This document shows, piece after piece, positions 40,863 to 52,900 of a stretch of DNA of 64,000 nucleotides (positions are counted from its first letter, which is position 1; every line of letters starts with the position of its first letter). This DNA comes from Octopus sinensis (Eukaryota), in the NCBI RefSeq assembly GCF_006345805.1, contig NC_043012.1:18786001-18850000 (forward strand). The letters run 5' to 3'. The position numbers were made by a program, and so were the translations under genes. The notes beneath the pieces are model-generated. The model made no database searches and was not told the origin of the DNA. It saw only the letters and a program-made list of their open reading frames with translations.

Positions 40863-43277
40863 TGTCGAATGGCTACACTGATCTCAATCGCCAAGAAGCA
40901 CGATATGTTGTTTGAAACCAGAATATAATATGATTTCATTGACAGTGAAGAGAAAAATCATAAGTATATGAGCAGTAAATAATATAAACAATAAGAAAAA
41001 ATATGTGATCGATGAAAGGTTTTGGAATGTTATACGTTTGCTTTTTTTGTAATTCTATGATGATACGTTGTATAGGAATATTATTATCATCATGTTAGAA
41101 TTTAAACAAAATTTTACTAGTGTTTTTTTTATTTTTGTCATCATGATTTTTACAGACTGCTGAAAGTTTGAAATATCGAAAACATTGAAACAAACGACAA
41201 CGCATAGCATATTCCAATTAGTAAATAAGAATCATCATTTTCTTATGTAAATATTTGTTTATTCTAGATGAAGTTTGGATATCATAAAGTTATGTTTTGA
41301 AATTGGAGTTGTTATATGATTTGCAGTCATATGTATATTTAGCTTGAAGGCTGTATTCAAAAGAATAACAAATCAACAAAATAGAATATGTTTCCATTGA
41401 CATACATAGGCAAATATAAAGAGCCTGATCGAAAAAAAAGTGGTGAAACGTGTTTATATTTAGATTAAAAATGAAATTTAAGGTTATTTTGCATATCGTT
41501 AATGCCATGGATGACAGCTTTCCGTTTATCTCTCATTTGAAAACTGTAGAAAACACTCCAATCAATTTTGGGTTCTATAGATAACACATTTCTTTTCTCA
41601 GTAGAATGTAAATGGTTTTATATGTTGCACGGAGTTTCCAATGACGCATCTATGTTTACTGACACTTACTTCCTTTCACGTGATACATTTTATTTTCATT
41701 ATATATTCTTCTTTTCGTGGGCATTTCATATATATTTCCTTTTCTAAATTACCTTGCAATTTCCCATGCAATAAATATTCAGAAATTTTTCGATTAAGTT
41801 TCCAGGAAAGATAAAGATATGCATATTCTAAAACACGAATGATAAATCTGTCAAAACTTAACATTATAAAATAAAATTGCCTTATATTTAACTATTTAGA
41901 TTTGTAGCACCTTCAGTGTAAAATATTAAAGGCCAATTTATATATTTGCCTTCCTGCTATAAAATTATTTCTTTTGTATTGAATATATTGTTTTAAATGT
42001 GTCAGTTCACAGCATTTTCAATTACAGTATATTGGGATAAATAAACTTTACTTAAGATCCCATTCTTGCAGAAGAAGCATGAAGACCATTGTTTTTATCT
42101 TCTATATTTTCTTTAGTTAGTGTATGAACAGAATGTATATGTGCTGCCACCTATTATTATCCAATCTACTTTGTACCATGATCAATTGCATGCAAGGCGG
42201 GTAACTGGAATAAGACAAGTGATTTGAATCAGTTTCTGATAATCTGTCCACCGATCTTATATCTCCTTCACCCATAGAGTAAATACATGTATCATTGATC
42301 CTTGAAGATTAAATGCAACTTAAATTTCACCTGGATCTTCAATTTAGGATTATGCAAAACCTTAACATAGCTTGCCTCTTCTACTTATGTGAGGTTTAAT
42401 GGTCTTTTTCTATATTCTAAATGGCGCTTAAATTATATATACATCGGAAGCCATTTTCCTCAAAGGGTTTCTTAATTATAGCGTATACTGCCTCTTTGAC
42501 GAATTTCATATAGGTACTAAACAATTTCCTGATCTCCGATAAAATTGAATATTCTATAGTTTTATCACCTGCGAATTAATTTTTCTGACTAGAAATTACT
42601 AAGTGATACTATATACTATAACAGTACAATCGGGAGAGGTAGGGAGTATAATTAGCATTTTCTATAATCAAAATAGTTTCCATACAATCTAGCAGACAAA
42701 TAAGAGGAAAATACAAAAACAAAAATGGTATAATGAAATACAAAAGTAAATTAAAAGATTGCAATTATTATTTTTAAGTGACACACTCTAGAATTTGTAT
42801 AGAATTCAGAACCAACAATGTAAGTTACATTTCGTTTACGAATGTCTATGCAACTTACAGTTCTGGCCCCGAATATATATTTTTATCGCTTAAAGATGAA
42901 AACATTAGAATATCTCACTATAAGAATAGGTAAAACACAATATTGACCCGTAAAACTTTACTCGGTCGTATTTTATGTTTTCGAAACGAAATACTCTGTT
43001 CTTGCTGACATTTATTATATATTCTCTATTGGCATTATGGTTTCGAACAATACTTAATATACACGGTTGTCATTAATTATGGATAATATGATAAACATAG
43101 ATGGAAACGAGGCAGCTTGGGCAATTTTAAATCTAATGTGAAAAAGCGTGTACATGTGTTTGAAAATAGAAACGAGTACGTAAATCCGTTTTCCGTGGTA
43201 TCTAAGCGCATATCAAGAGAATAATCGAAATAGTATATTTCTAAATATTTCAGAGACATTTATGCAGTAGCAGCACG

Positions 43278-43648
43278 ATAAAGTGATAGTATGTTGTCAA
43301 TTTAATGTGACAGTCCCATAAAATGGAAGAATGCTACTGTTATTTAGCCCTGAGAGATTTAGAAACATATTTCTATTTTAAAAAACCAGAGAATGAATTT
43401 CACTTGAAATATATATGCTTTCAAAGGCGGATACACATCGACAGCTAGCAAGCCATGCTACTCCAGACTGAGGATGGGCAATGACTCTGAAACTAGTCTC
43501 TGATTGCTGGTTTGCTGGGTGGAGATAGTTGTCTCTACCTTGGAAACATAATGACACAGGAAACAGTGTTTCCTAGGGCTAAATAACAGTAGCACTCTTC
43601 CCTTTTATGGAACTGTCACTTTCAATTGACAACATGCTATCACTTTAT
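43278..43648. mobile_element. 371-bp element with 74-bp terminal inverted repeats
   Basis: 43278-43351 versus reverse complement of 43575-43648: 68/74 identical by manual alignment. The interior is non-coding. Confidence 0.85.
43447..43516 (+). ncRNA. Candidate type I hammerhead ribozyme with intact core
   Basis: CAGA CTGAGGA [TGGGCAATGACTCT] GAAA C-TA-G T C TCTG. Stem I is CAGA/TCTG, extended by AGCAAGCC/GGTTTGCT across an internal loop. Stem III is the palindrome ACTAGT and the cleavage triplet is GUC. Confidence 0.7.
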
Positions 43649-45003
43649 AAAAAGCTCCCGTACGTCACAAGATTAACCACCAAATATTTTCTCAGGAAGT
43701 CCCTTTCAGGTACGTGACCTGAAGTAGATTAAAATGATATAATTGATCATAACTCCTAACATTCGTTCCAAGACTGAACTCACAGACAAAATGCCGTAAA
43801 ATGAATCTTCGAAACATTACGCCACACGTGTCGCGGTCGTAATACAGTCTATTCTAAGAAATAGGTTCTACTGGTATAACTGAGGAAATGATAGAGATTT
43901 TAACATATTTAATATATTTCTCCTTAATTGCTGATATATCCGTTGAATATGTCGAAGAATTTTTATTTAATTCTATTATAAATACTACTTAACGCATGCG
44001 CCTTAATGTCTGCAAATGTGGAAGTGGCATGTTCATGTTCCAGGTGATGTTTGCGTCAAAGGAAATCTTACAATCGCGAAAACTGAATTTACTAAAGTCG
44101 AATGCATTTTACAAGATACGTGGTAGACACGATTAAAACGCTTCGTGTATGTAATCCGACTTCTACTGAGCAGCAGGTGCCGTTAAACAAGAAGAACAAC
44201 ATTTATACCGATATAATATTGAACTAAATTTTGATGCTGAGATCATCTACGGGTGGCCGGTATTATGTAACCTAAATGTAGATAAATAATATGCTATTGT
44301 TGGTAAAGAGAGGCTCGTAACTGGAGCCATGGATGTATGGAGTTACATCATAAAATTGGATTCTATATGAAGCCAGAAAAGTCGTTTCAATCATGTTATG
44401 TTAGTGAAGTGAATATATAAAAGGAAAGAAGCAGACAATATAGAATAAATATTGTACACCAAGTGACATATTAAAGGAATTGGATATAAAAATGGAGTTA
44501 GTTTTGATTAGCAACATTGATAAAATTTGACAGCTGCCATGCATTTCAAATAGCAAGAAAGTGTATTGTATTCCATTTTTAGTTGGTTCACTTCTAAGAC
44601 AGATTCGGAAAAACTCACTTTTAAACAATCAATGAGCAACGCTACTTCCCCAACTCTGAACGATGGAAAATAGTAACAATGAAAGCTTTTGAGTGAAAAT
44701 CAAACGGAAACGAACTTATTTTCTTGACTGGAACAGCAAATGATTTTAAGCGTCACATTATTGAACAGCATAAAATAATTACTGTTATGCCGTCAGTTTC
44801 AACCCTCCCACCCTCACCTAAAAAGAAAGGTTTGTGATTTATGATTAAACGACTTGAAAATGCCTACTACAATTATTCGTCTTACTGTACATCATATATT
44901 TCATAAAATTTCCCCATATGTATCAGGCGTAATATGTTGAATACAAAGGCACGCACACACATATACACTCACATATAAATGTATATGAATGTGTGTGTAT
45001 GTA

Positions 45004-45049
<46 letters not shown>

Positions 45050-45524
45050 ATTTTGTGGATGCACCGATGTATGCTTTCTAATAAAGGGACTATACCTAGC
45101 CTTGAATATTTAAGGGAACGTTCTCTGTCAAGCACGTTCTCCTTAGTATTCGCATTTCATTCAGGCGGGATGTAATGTAAATGTGAACACGGCGAGATTT
45201 GAACCGAGAAAAAAGAAATCTAAGATAAATTGCATATGAAAAAGTCCAATGTCATTGCACGATCATGAAGTTAGTATGTGTGTAGTTTTATTCTTTATAG
45301 TAATAATTGTCTGCAATAAGCTGTCTATCCCAGTGAGTATATATATAGGTAATGTTTATCAGTATGAAACAACAGCGTACTGAATCCCGTTGTAGTTGAC
45401 TGCGGGGAAATGTAATTATTTTACTTCACCCTCTTCCTTCCATATCGAATATTTACAATCTTAGAAATGTCTTAATTTTGATATTCAAAGAAATTGCATT
45501 TATTCTGTATGTATTGTAATACGA

Positions 45525-45591
<67 letters not shown>

Positions 45592-45594
<3 letters not shown>

Positions 45595-45750
45595 AGAGTT
45601 CACGAAAAAACAAAAGACGAAACAGGTGGCGTACAAAACAAACAGATGTATTAGTATAACGCTCAGGAATAGAAAGAATCTTTTACGTTTAGAGCCTACA
45701 CTCTTCTACAGAAAGGGACACAGATAAAAAAGAGAGAAAAAATGTGTATA
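45592..45750 (-). mobile_element. Short repeat family B copy with degenerate HHR variant (45680-45715)
   Basis: Abuts a long (TA)n. The minus strand reads CTTT CTGTAGA A GAGT-GTAG-GCTC TAAA CG TA AAAG. Related fragment at 21313-21400. Confidence 0.7.
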
Positions 45751-46268
45751 GTGTCTACCGATCTATCATGGCGACAGATATATATGTATATACATACATA
45801 CATATATATACAGAGAGAGAGAGAGGCACACGCACACATATGCCTATGTGTGCATATATGTATATGTGTGCGTGTGTGTGTTTGTGTATATTTGTATGTG
45901 TGTGTGGGGGTGTTTGCACTTGTATATGTTGATTACAAATTTTCGAAAAACATTTATTGCGAAAATTCTCTGCAACATGTGGTTCGGAAGGAGCTAGTTA
46001 TCTAATGGTACGATTAATTCATGGAATATATTTCGAAACTGTGCGTATATATCTAAGAATATGTGAAATAAATATTTATAAATGAGAAATTTAATGCCAA
46101 TCGGAAGCTGAAGGAATTACATCAGTTGGGTCAATACTGAAAATGTTTCCATTTAATTCAGTTGATAGAGAGCTTTGAAACGCTAGTGAAGTTTGGTGGC
46201 ATGAAGCCTAAAAAATCAGTCTGTTTCTGAATTTTCAGACAGCCTACAAGGAATAGAAAAGGAAGAGG

Positions 46269-46318
<50 letters not shown>

Positions 46319-46632
46319 ATTGTAACAATTATCAAAACAAAAAAATTATAGAATTACAAGCTCTCAAAATAATCTTAAATAACAGACACACTGCAGATTT
46401 ATGGCATCAGAAATTCTCCAGCCTCCACTGGCTAGTATTTCTCTATTCTACGCTGGCGCGTATAAACTGACTTACATGTTGGAAGATTTTCAACTATTTC
46501 TAAAGCGGTGTTAGATTATTTTGCTATAACAGTGCAGATCAATATATCTTTTAAAACATGACTGTTTATTTTACGCTTACAATATACATACAGATTACTC
46601 TAGATAATTCTTGAATGACTATAATGTTCCGT

Positions 46633-46848
46633 AAGGCGGAAAGCTACAAACTAGTTATGAAGCCGGTCTAAATGCTTAGCAGCATTTCGTCCGATTCACG
46701 TCCTGATTTCAAATTACAATGACGTCAACTTTGCCCGTCTACATTTCGGGGTCGATAAAATAAGTACCAGTTGCGCAATGGAGTCGAAGTAATCTATTTA
46801 CCCCACGCACAAATTTGCTGGCCTGTGCAATAATTTGAAACCAATATT
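46633..46848 (+). mobile_element. Degenerate SINE, family of 30659-30888
   Basis: aaatgcttagcagcatttcgtcc..tttcggggtcgataaaataagtaccagttgcgcaatggagtcga. Confidence 0.85.
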
Positions 46849-47148
46849 CAGTATTCAAAATTGGGTTTTAATGAGTCAGGTACAAGAACACCACCTCCAT
46901 TTATATTTGTGGAGCATCCTTTCTCTTGTACCATCATAATGTATACTAATCACAATTCAATATCGTAATGTATTTGAAATTTTATAAGGCATTAAATTAG
47001 AGGAATTAGAATTAAGTGACCATTCGCGGCTCTTCAAATGTGTTATCAAATTTACTCTTCCTTGTAATAAATAAACCATTCAATATATAATCTAAGAAAG
47101 TATTTCGCATGGAAATCAATCCTAATAGTGTTAAGAGTTTAATATGTA

Positions 47149-47263
47149 AAGAAAATATTGGAAAATACTATTAACAGGATCAGATTAATATAGAATATGA
47201 TTTTATATTAATTATACTCTATATTAATTTGATCCTGTTAATAGTATTTTACAATATTTTCTT
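47149..47263. repeat. 115-bp hairpin/palindrome
   Basis: 50-bp arms (47149-47198 / 47214-47263), 47/50 complementary, 15-nt spacer. Confidence 0.9.
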
Positions 47264-48389
47264 GAAATATCAAGTTCTTAGCATTATTAGGATGATTCTA
47301 GCGATATAATACATTAACGTATTTTTAATGTGTCACACTCTAGATAATTAACGTATGAGTGTTTCAAGCGTTTTAATTAAAATAAGAATAGAACTAGAAT
47401 TACTGTTCAAGTCGATAATATACCATAAAAAATTCTGCGTAGCTTTAATTCATTATAATGATCTATCCATGCAAAAGATGCGTAATACCAAATAATAAAG
47501 CTATTATTTGTTTAATAACTAGACAGATTTCGCTCTTCCAAACGATCGAGAAATTACATTAACTGCACGGTAATGTATTGTGCATGTTGACATGATCGAA
47601 GTCATTGCGTAAACAACTAATAACAACATTTTCCTCTAATTTCTGAAATCTGTGTTCCATGAAAAATGATTAGGTTTTTGGATTTATTTGTAATCCATTT
47701 CAGCTAGTAACGTAAATTGAAATTTAAAAGCAATTATATTTATTATAAGATCGGAGTTTTGTTTTATACTCATTACGCCGAAGGATCATAATAATTATGT
47801 TTACGATGGCGTCTAAATGAAAATTTCTAATCACCACACGCTGATATACTAAAGAGTTACATATGACACTTCTATGAACTTCAGCACCCAATCAATATGT
47901 CTAATCATTGCTAATTTCTCAGTCAAATAATTCACTAAAATTATGAACAAAATCAGTGAATGAATATCTGAGGAATTAACTCTAATTATATCTGATATAA
48001 TTGCTGTCTGGGTTTATAAACTATGTCTACATTGGCGCATTGAAAACATGCTTTGATCTGAGTGACCCCAGGGCATACTCAATGCTTTTAAGTAATTATA
48101 TATTTGAACTGAGATGCATTTGTACACGAAATACTTGAAGGAAATCTCTAAGTGTATTTTGGTATAGTAATACGATACAATAACATCATTGCCACAGTAC
48201 AAATTACAAGGTAAATATCATCATCATCATTATCATCATCTGTCTATCTGTCTGTATGTATGCATGTATGTATATTTATTTACGAAAGAACGTTACGCAT
48301 CCTTGTCTACATTAACCACAGTAGTAAGTTGATTGATATATATATATATATATATAGTTCAAATTTATGGAAAAACAAATACATATGTC

Positions 48390-48424
<35 letters not shown>

Positions 48425-48955
48425 GGCTTTTATGATAATTTTTACGCTTTCACAAATAGATGTTTACAAAAAGTGACTCTGACCAGCGTTTCTCTCTTCA
48501 AACAGATACAAATATGGGACCTTACACGTATATACACACAGAGTAACCCAAACACACATACATAATTATTCATTCACACACACATACACGCGCATGCACA
48601 CGATTTTATTATTATCGATTTAAAGATTTAGTCACAAAAAGCGCGTAGTCAATTTTTTGTTTGTATTTAATTTAGTGGTTTCTAGAATAATATTTATGAT
48701 AATATCTAAAAATTTTCTCTATATGATTTTATTTATATAATTTCTTTCACTATCAACTGAAATACTTAATAGAGGATATTTCTCTTCATTATATACATAT
48801 ATTATATATTGTAAAATTTGATTTATCATTGCTAAATTGAAGTTTTCCCTGTAAGTTTGGAATTTTATATTCCCTAAAATTATTAATAATAATATTACTA
48901 TTTATATTTATAACTCACGTTTGTCGATTGTATTTTACTATCAATTTCGTTAGTT

Positions 48956-51710
48956 ATGGAACTTACAAATAAGATAGAACCGATATTTTGGAATTCCTCT
49001 TTGAAAGATGTTCCTATACCATGTAGAAAAGAATATATTTGGAAATTATTAATAATGTAAAAACATTTATTCATAGTATTAAATGGAAATCCTACTACAA
49101 TAATTATAAAACGTCTAATATTAAATATGTAGAGAATACTAATTATATTAATACAATATTTAAATCTAGAAAGTAACCCCCGTTTAATGGGGAAATACAT
49201 GTTTTAGAGGATAATATTTAGGTGGTGGTGAATAATTTTAAATTTTATAGATACCCAAATAGACTATTGAATATTTAACAAATGTAGCTATTAGAGTAAA
49301 AGAAATGCGAAATATGGAAGGAATTATAGTACGATCAGATAAAATTAGGAACACTAGATTATACGATAATCTATTAGAGTAAGAAATAAATAAGTAATAT
49401 AAAATTGTTCCTGAAAATACTCTTTATAATATAGATAAGGTCTCTACATAAATCATGATGACTTATGAGTTAGACAATAAAACTGAATATGTACCTATGC
49501 ACACTAGAATTACTTTAAAAGACCACAAAAATAATTTTTATTCTGACCCAAAAGTTAGACTTATTTGTCCATGTAAATCAGATCTAGGTAACTTAAGTAA
49601 GATCGTTTTAGATAAATATATTAATAGATAGAATGAACTTAATTATCTAAAACTTTGGAGTAGTACTAATAATACTTTAATATGGTTTGATAATATTTAA
49701 GATAAAAATAGATATACCCTTTACTCGTTACTTTTTCAGTCATTTGACTGCGGCTATGCTGGAGCAACATCCTTTAGTCGAGCAAATTGACCCCGGGACT
49801 TATTCTTTCTAAGCCCAGTACTTATTCTATCGGTCTCTTTTTCCGAACCGCTAAGTGATGGGGAGATATATACACCAGCATCGGATGTCAAGCAATGCTA
49901 GTGGGACAGACACAGAAACACTAACATACACGCGTACATACATATACGTATACATATATACGACGGACTTCTTTCAGTTTCCGTCTACCAAATCCACTCA
50001 CAAGGCTTTGGTTGGCCCGAGGCTATAGTAGAAGACACTTGCCCAAGATGCCAGGCAGTGGGACTGAACCCGGAACCATGTGGTTGGTAAGCAAGCTACT
50101 TACCACGCAGCCATTGCCGCACCTATATTCATTTAAATAGATATAGATGATTATTATTATTCTATAAAAAAAGGTTGTACTCACAAACGTCCTAATTTTT
50201 GCAATGAATACGGTTAGAAAGATTTATGATGAAGTTAATGTAGTTAAAGCGGCTAGGAAATCGTTGATTAGATACAATAAAAATTTGGGGCAAAGAACTT
50301 GATATTTTGGGGCTAGATACTATTTTGATATACCTATGGGGGCACGCGACTCTGTCCAGGTGCCTGATTTAGTAGGTAATTATTGTTGGAACTTCAATTA
50401 GAAAAATTTAAGTTGGAGGGTGTATTACATAGGGATGACCTTTCATTACTAAAAATTGCACCAATAGAACACTAGAATTATATAAAAAAGAAACTATGTG
50501 GGGTTTTTAAGATATGGATTTGGTATTACTCTATATAAAGATAACTATAATGTAAATTTTTAGATGGTAATTTTAATTTAATAACAGGTAAAACCCAACC
50601 ATTCCATAATATTAATGAAAACCTTACATATATTAATGCTAATAATAATCACCCGCCCTCAATTAAGAAATCGTCGATAGATAATACAGGTAAAAGAATA
50701 TCGATGCTTTCTTCTAATTATGAGTTGTTTTCCAAAACCATGCACCTTATTATAAGACGGGATATAATAGTAGTATTAAATTCTTTAATAATTGTAAAAA
50801 ATTCATAATATAAAAGATTATAATATAAATGGTTCCTATGATATATATAATAATAAATCTAATATTAAGAATTATAATTTTATTTAGTTAATTATGATTT
50901 TAATAATAGGTATTTTTATAGTAAAATAATAAATATAATAATAGACTAAAAGATAAGAATAAATCTAATTCGTTTTAATGATAATAATAAATATAATATA
51001 ATAAATAAAAATAATGTTAATATGAACAAAATTTCGTTAATTATACCTCATGAAGCTCATGTTAAAACAAACATTATTAAAGAGATATTAAAACTAATTG
51101 AAATATTCGTTATACACAATAAAAAAAATGAAATAACATTTTTCTTAGTAATAATTTTGGAGTTGGTTATTCGACTAATAATAGTGTTGGTAACATAACT
51201 TCTTCTTTTAATAGATTTAAGCTGAATAAGTTGTACATTAACAAATTAAATAATTATTACTATAATAATAATGACCAGAATATTATTAATTGTACATGCA
51301 AAGATAAGACAAAATGTAAATTAAAAAATAAATGAAATTTGCATGACGTAGCATATAAATGAGTTGTGAATTTGATTGATGATACTACTAATAGGAATAG
51401 TTATAAGTTAAATACGATTTACGTGGGGTCGACTTCTAATACAATTAAATCAGGGGTGGCTCAGAACATGCATCCATAAAATAAAACAGTGATTAATTCC
51501 ACTGGCCTTCGCAAAATATATGGGAATTGAAGTCTAAGGGAAATTGGTTTAATTTAAATTGGGAGATAGTTTGCAAAAATTAAATCTTATCGAATAGGTG
51601 ATAATTGTTTTACTATGTACAAATGAATATATGGTGATATTACAATCTAATAATAAAAAAATTGTTTAAAAACAAGATGAGAGAATACTTAGATGTAGAC
51701 ATAGGTTAAA
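48956..51710 (+). pseudogene. PLE reverse transcriptase + GIY-YIG endonuclease, many stops/frameshifts
   Basis: SLKDVPIPCRKEY; FIHSIKWK; ITLKDHKNNF..PKVRLICPCKSDLG; AARKSL; FDIPMGARD (50324); HRDD (50427-50438, YRDD equivalent); FLDGNFNL; NNHPPSIKK; CTCKDKTKC; VAYK...IYVGST; KYIWELK; C.LC; CRH (51694). Confidence 0.92.
49718..50123 (-). mobile_element. tRNA-derived SINE nested in the PLE RT
   Basis: Minus head ggtgcggcaatggctgcgtggtaagtagcttgcttaccaaccacatggttccgggttcagtccc (A/B boxes). It splits the RT motif KNRY|T-FI-x-IDIDD, with a possible short TSD tata. Confidence 0.92.
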
Positions 51711-52220
51711 TTAGTTATATAGTAAGTTTAGCTAATTTGTGTATATATATATATAAACCCTGATTTATGTTACTAATTTATGTAGCTATAATTTGTAGTA
51801 GTATAATGAGTATAAATTAGCCGTAGATTATGCAGTATATAACTAGAATAAGATTAAACCAAGGTGTCTCTAAAATAAATAAATAAATTGATGTATATAG
51901 ATTAATTTATCGAAATTTAGTTTATTTTATGTATTTCACGCATTGTAGTTTAAATTATTGAGAATTTAGAATTTTTTCCAGTAAAAAGTATATTACATCT
52001 AGTTTATTTGTTATTTTCACAGCGAAAACATATATTGTTATTTTCGCAGCTAAAATACATATTTTTTTTCATTCTATAGTTATTATTTACGTCATGTTTT
52101 CAGTATTTTTTCATTAATATTGTTACATTTTATTCGATTATTTATTGTGACGATACGTATACTTCTATATCTATTTGTTTATTATTATACTTTAAGATAC
52201 ATACATTTATTTAATTATTT

Positions 52221-52340
52221 CAGACCCGAAGAGTGGGTATATTTTTAAATCGAATTAATTTTAAATTGAATTATCATTTATAGTATCGATTTTATTATTA
52301 TCGATTTAAAGATATAGTCACGAAACGCGGCAGTGAATTT
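52221..52340 (+). ncRNA. Degenerate HHR variant with ~90-nt stem II in the PLE 3' terminal repeat
   Basis: cagac CCGAAGA [GTG ggtatatttttaaatcga ... tcgatttaaagatatagt CAC] GAAA CGCG. The homologous 5' repeat reads ...gcgcgtagtc after the same position. Confidence 0.5.
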
Positions 52341-52599
52341 AATGTTTATTTATTTATTTAATTTAGTGATTTTAGAATATTTATTATAATATATTTAATT
52401 TTTTCTATATGATTTAATGTATATAATACCTTTCACTATCAATTGAATTACGTAATACAATGTATTTCCCTTATATATATATATATATAGTATTCCAGAA
52501 GAATGGAAACGGAAGTTCTTCATGGGGTTAGCACGATATACTTTTTGTTGATTCTGAATAATCTCAGAATCTGTTCCTTGTCTCCACTCAGAACCAGTA

Positions 52600-52900
52600 T
52601 ATTACCAAAGGAACACCATTGGCTTCAGCTGTCTCACTTTTCGTTTTAAAAGGTCATGCTGCAACTCCGAATCTTCCATTCGTACCAAGGTCACGCAGGT
52701 GGTGACATAATATCCCATGTACAACATTGTCGAAGATCTTGGCAAAGGTCAGATATGTCATATTCACGTTTCAGTGTTTGAGCTGTTTGACTATTCAGCC
52801 ATAATGCTGTGGTAGTTGCGAGAAGCAACTTCGCCCTGGACGGAAGGTATGCAGTATCTCTTTGAGACTGTTTTGTGTATGTGCTTCGGAGTGGTTATCT
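52600..52900 (-). mobile_element. CR1/L2-type LINE reverse transcriptase fragment
   Basis: Minus strand: FRPGRSCFSQL..., YLTFAKIFDNVVHGILCHHLRDLG (cf. GFRxGRSCxxQL and YLDFAKAFDKVxH). Confidence 0.85.

Larger units (their letters stand above)
48601..52472 (+). mobile_element. Apparently full-length decayed Penelope-like element with terminal direct repeats (pLTR)
   Basis: A direct repeat at 48601-~48795 and 52287-52472 (cgatttt..attattatcgatttaaagat.tagtcac...ctttcactatcaa.tgaa.tac.taata) brackets an RT + GIY-YIG pseudo-ORF. The right end abuts (TA)n. Confidence 0.88.

Noticed and set aside
48898-49200. 100-aa minus-strand ORF
   Set aside because: It is the antisense shadow of the PLE reverse transcriptase on the plus strand.
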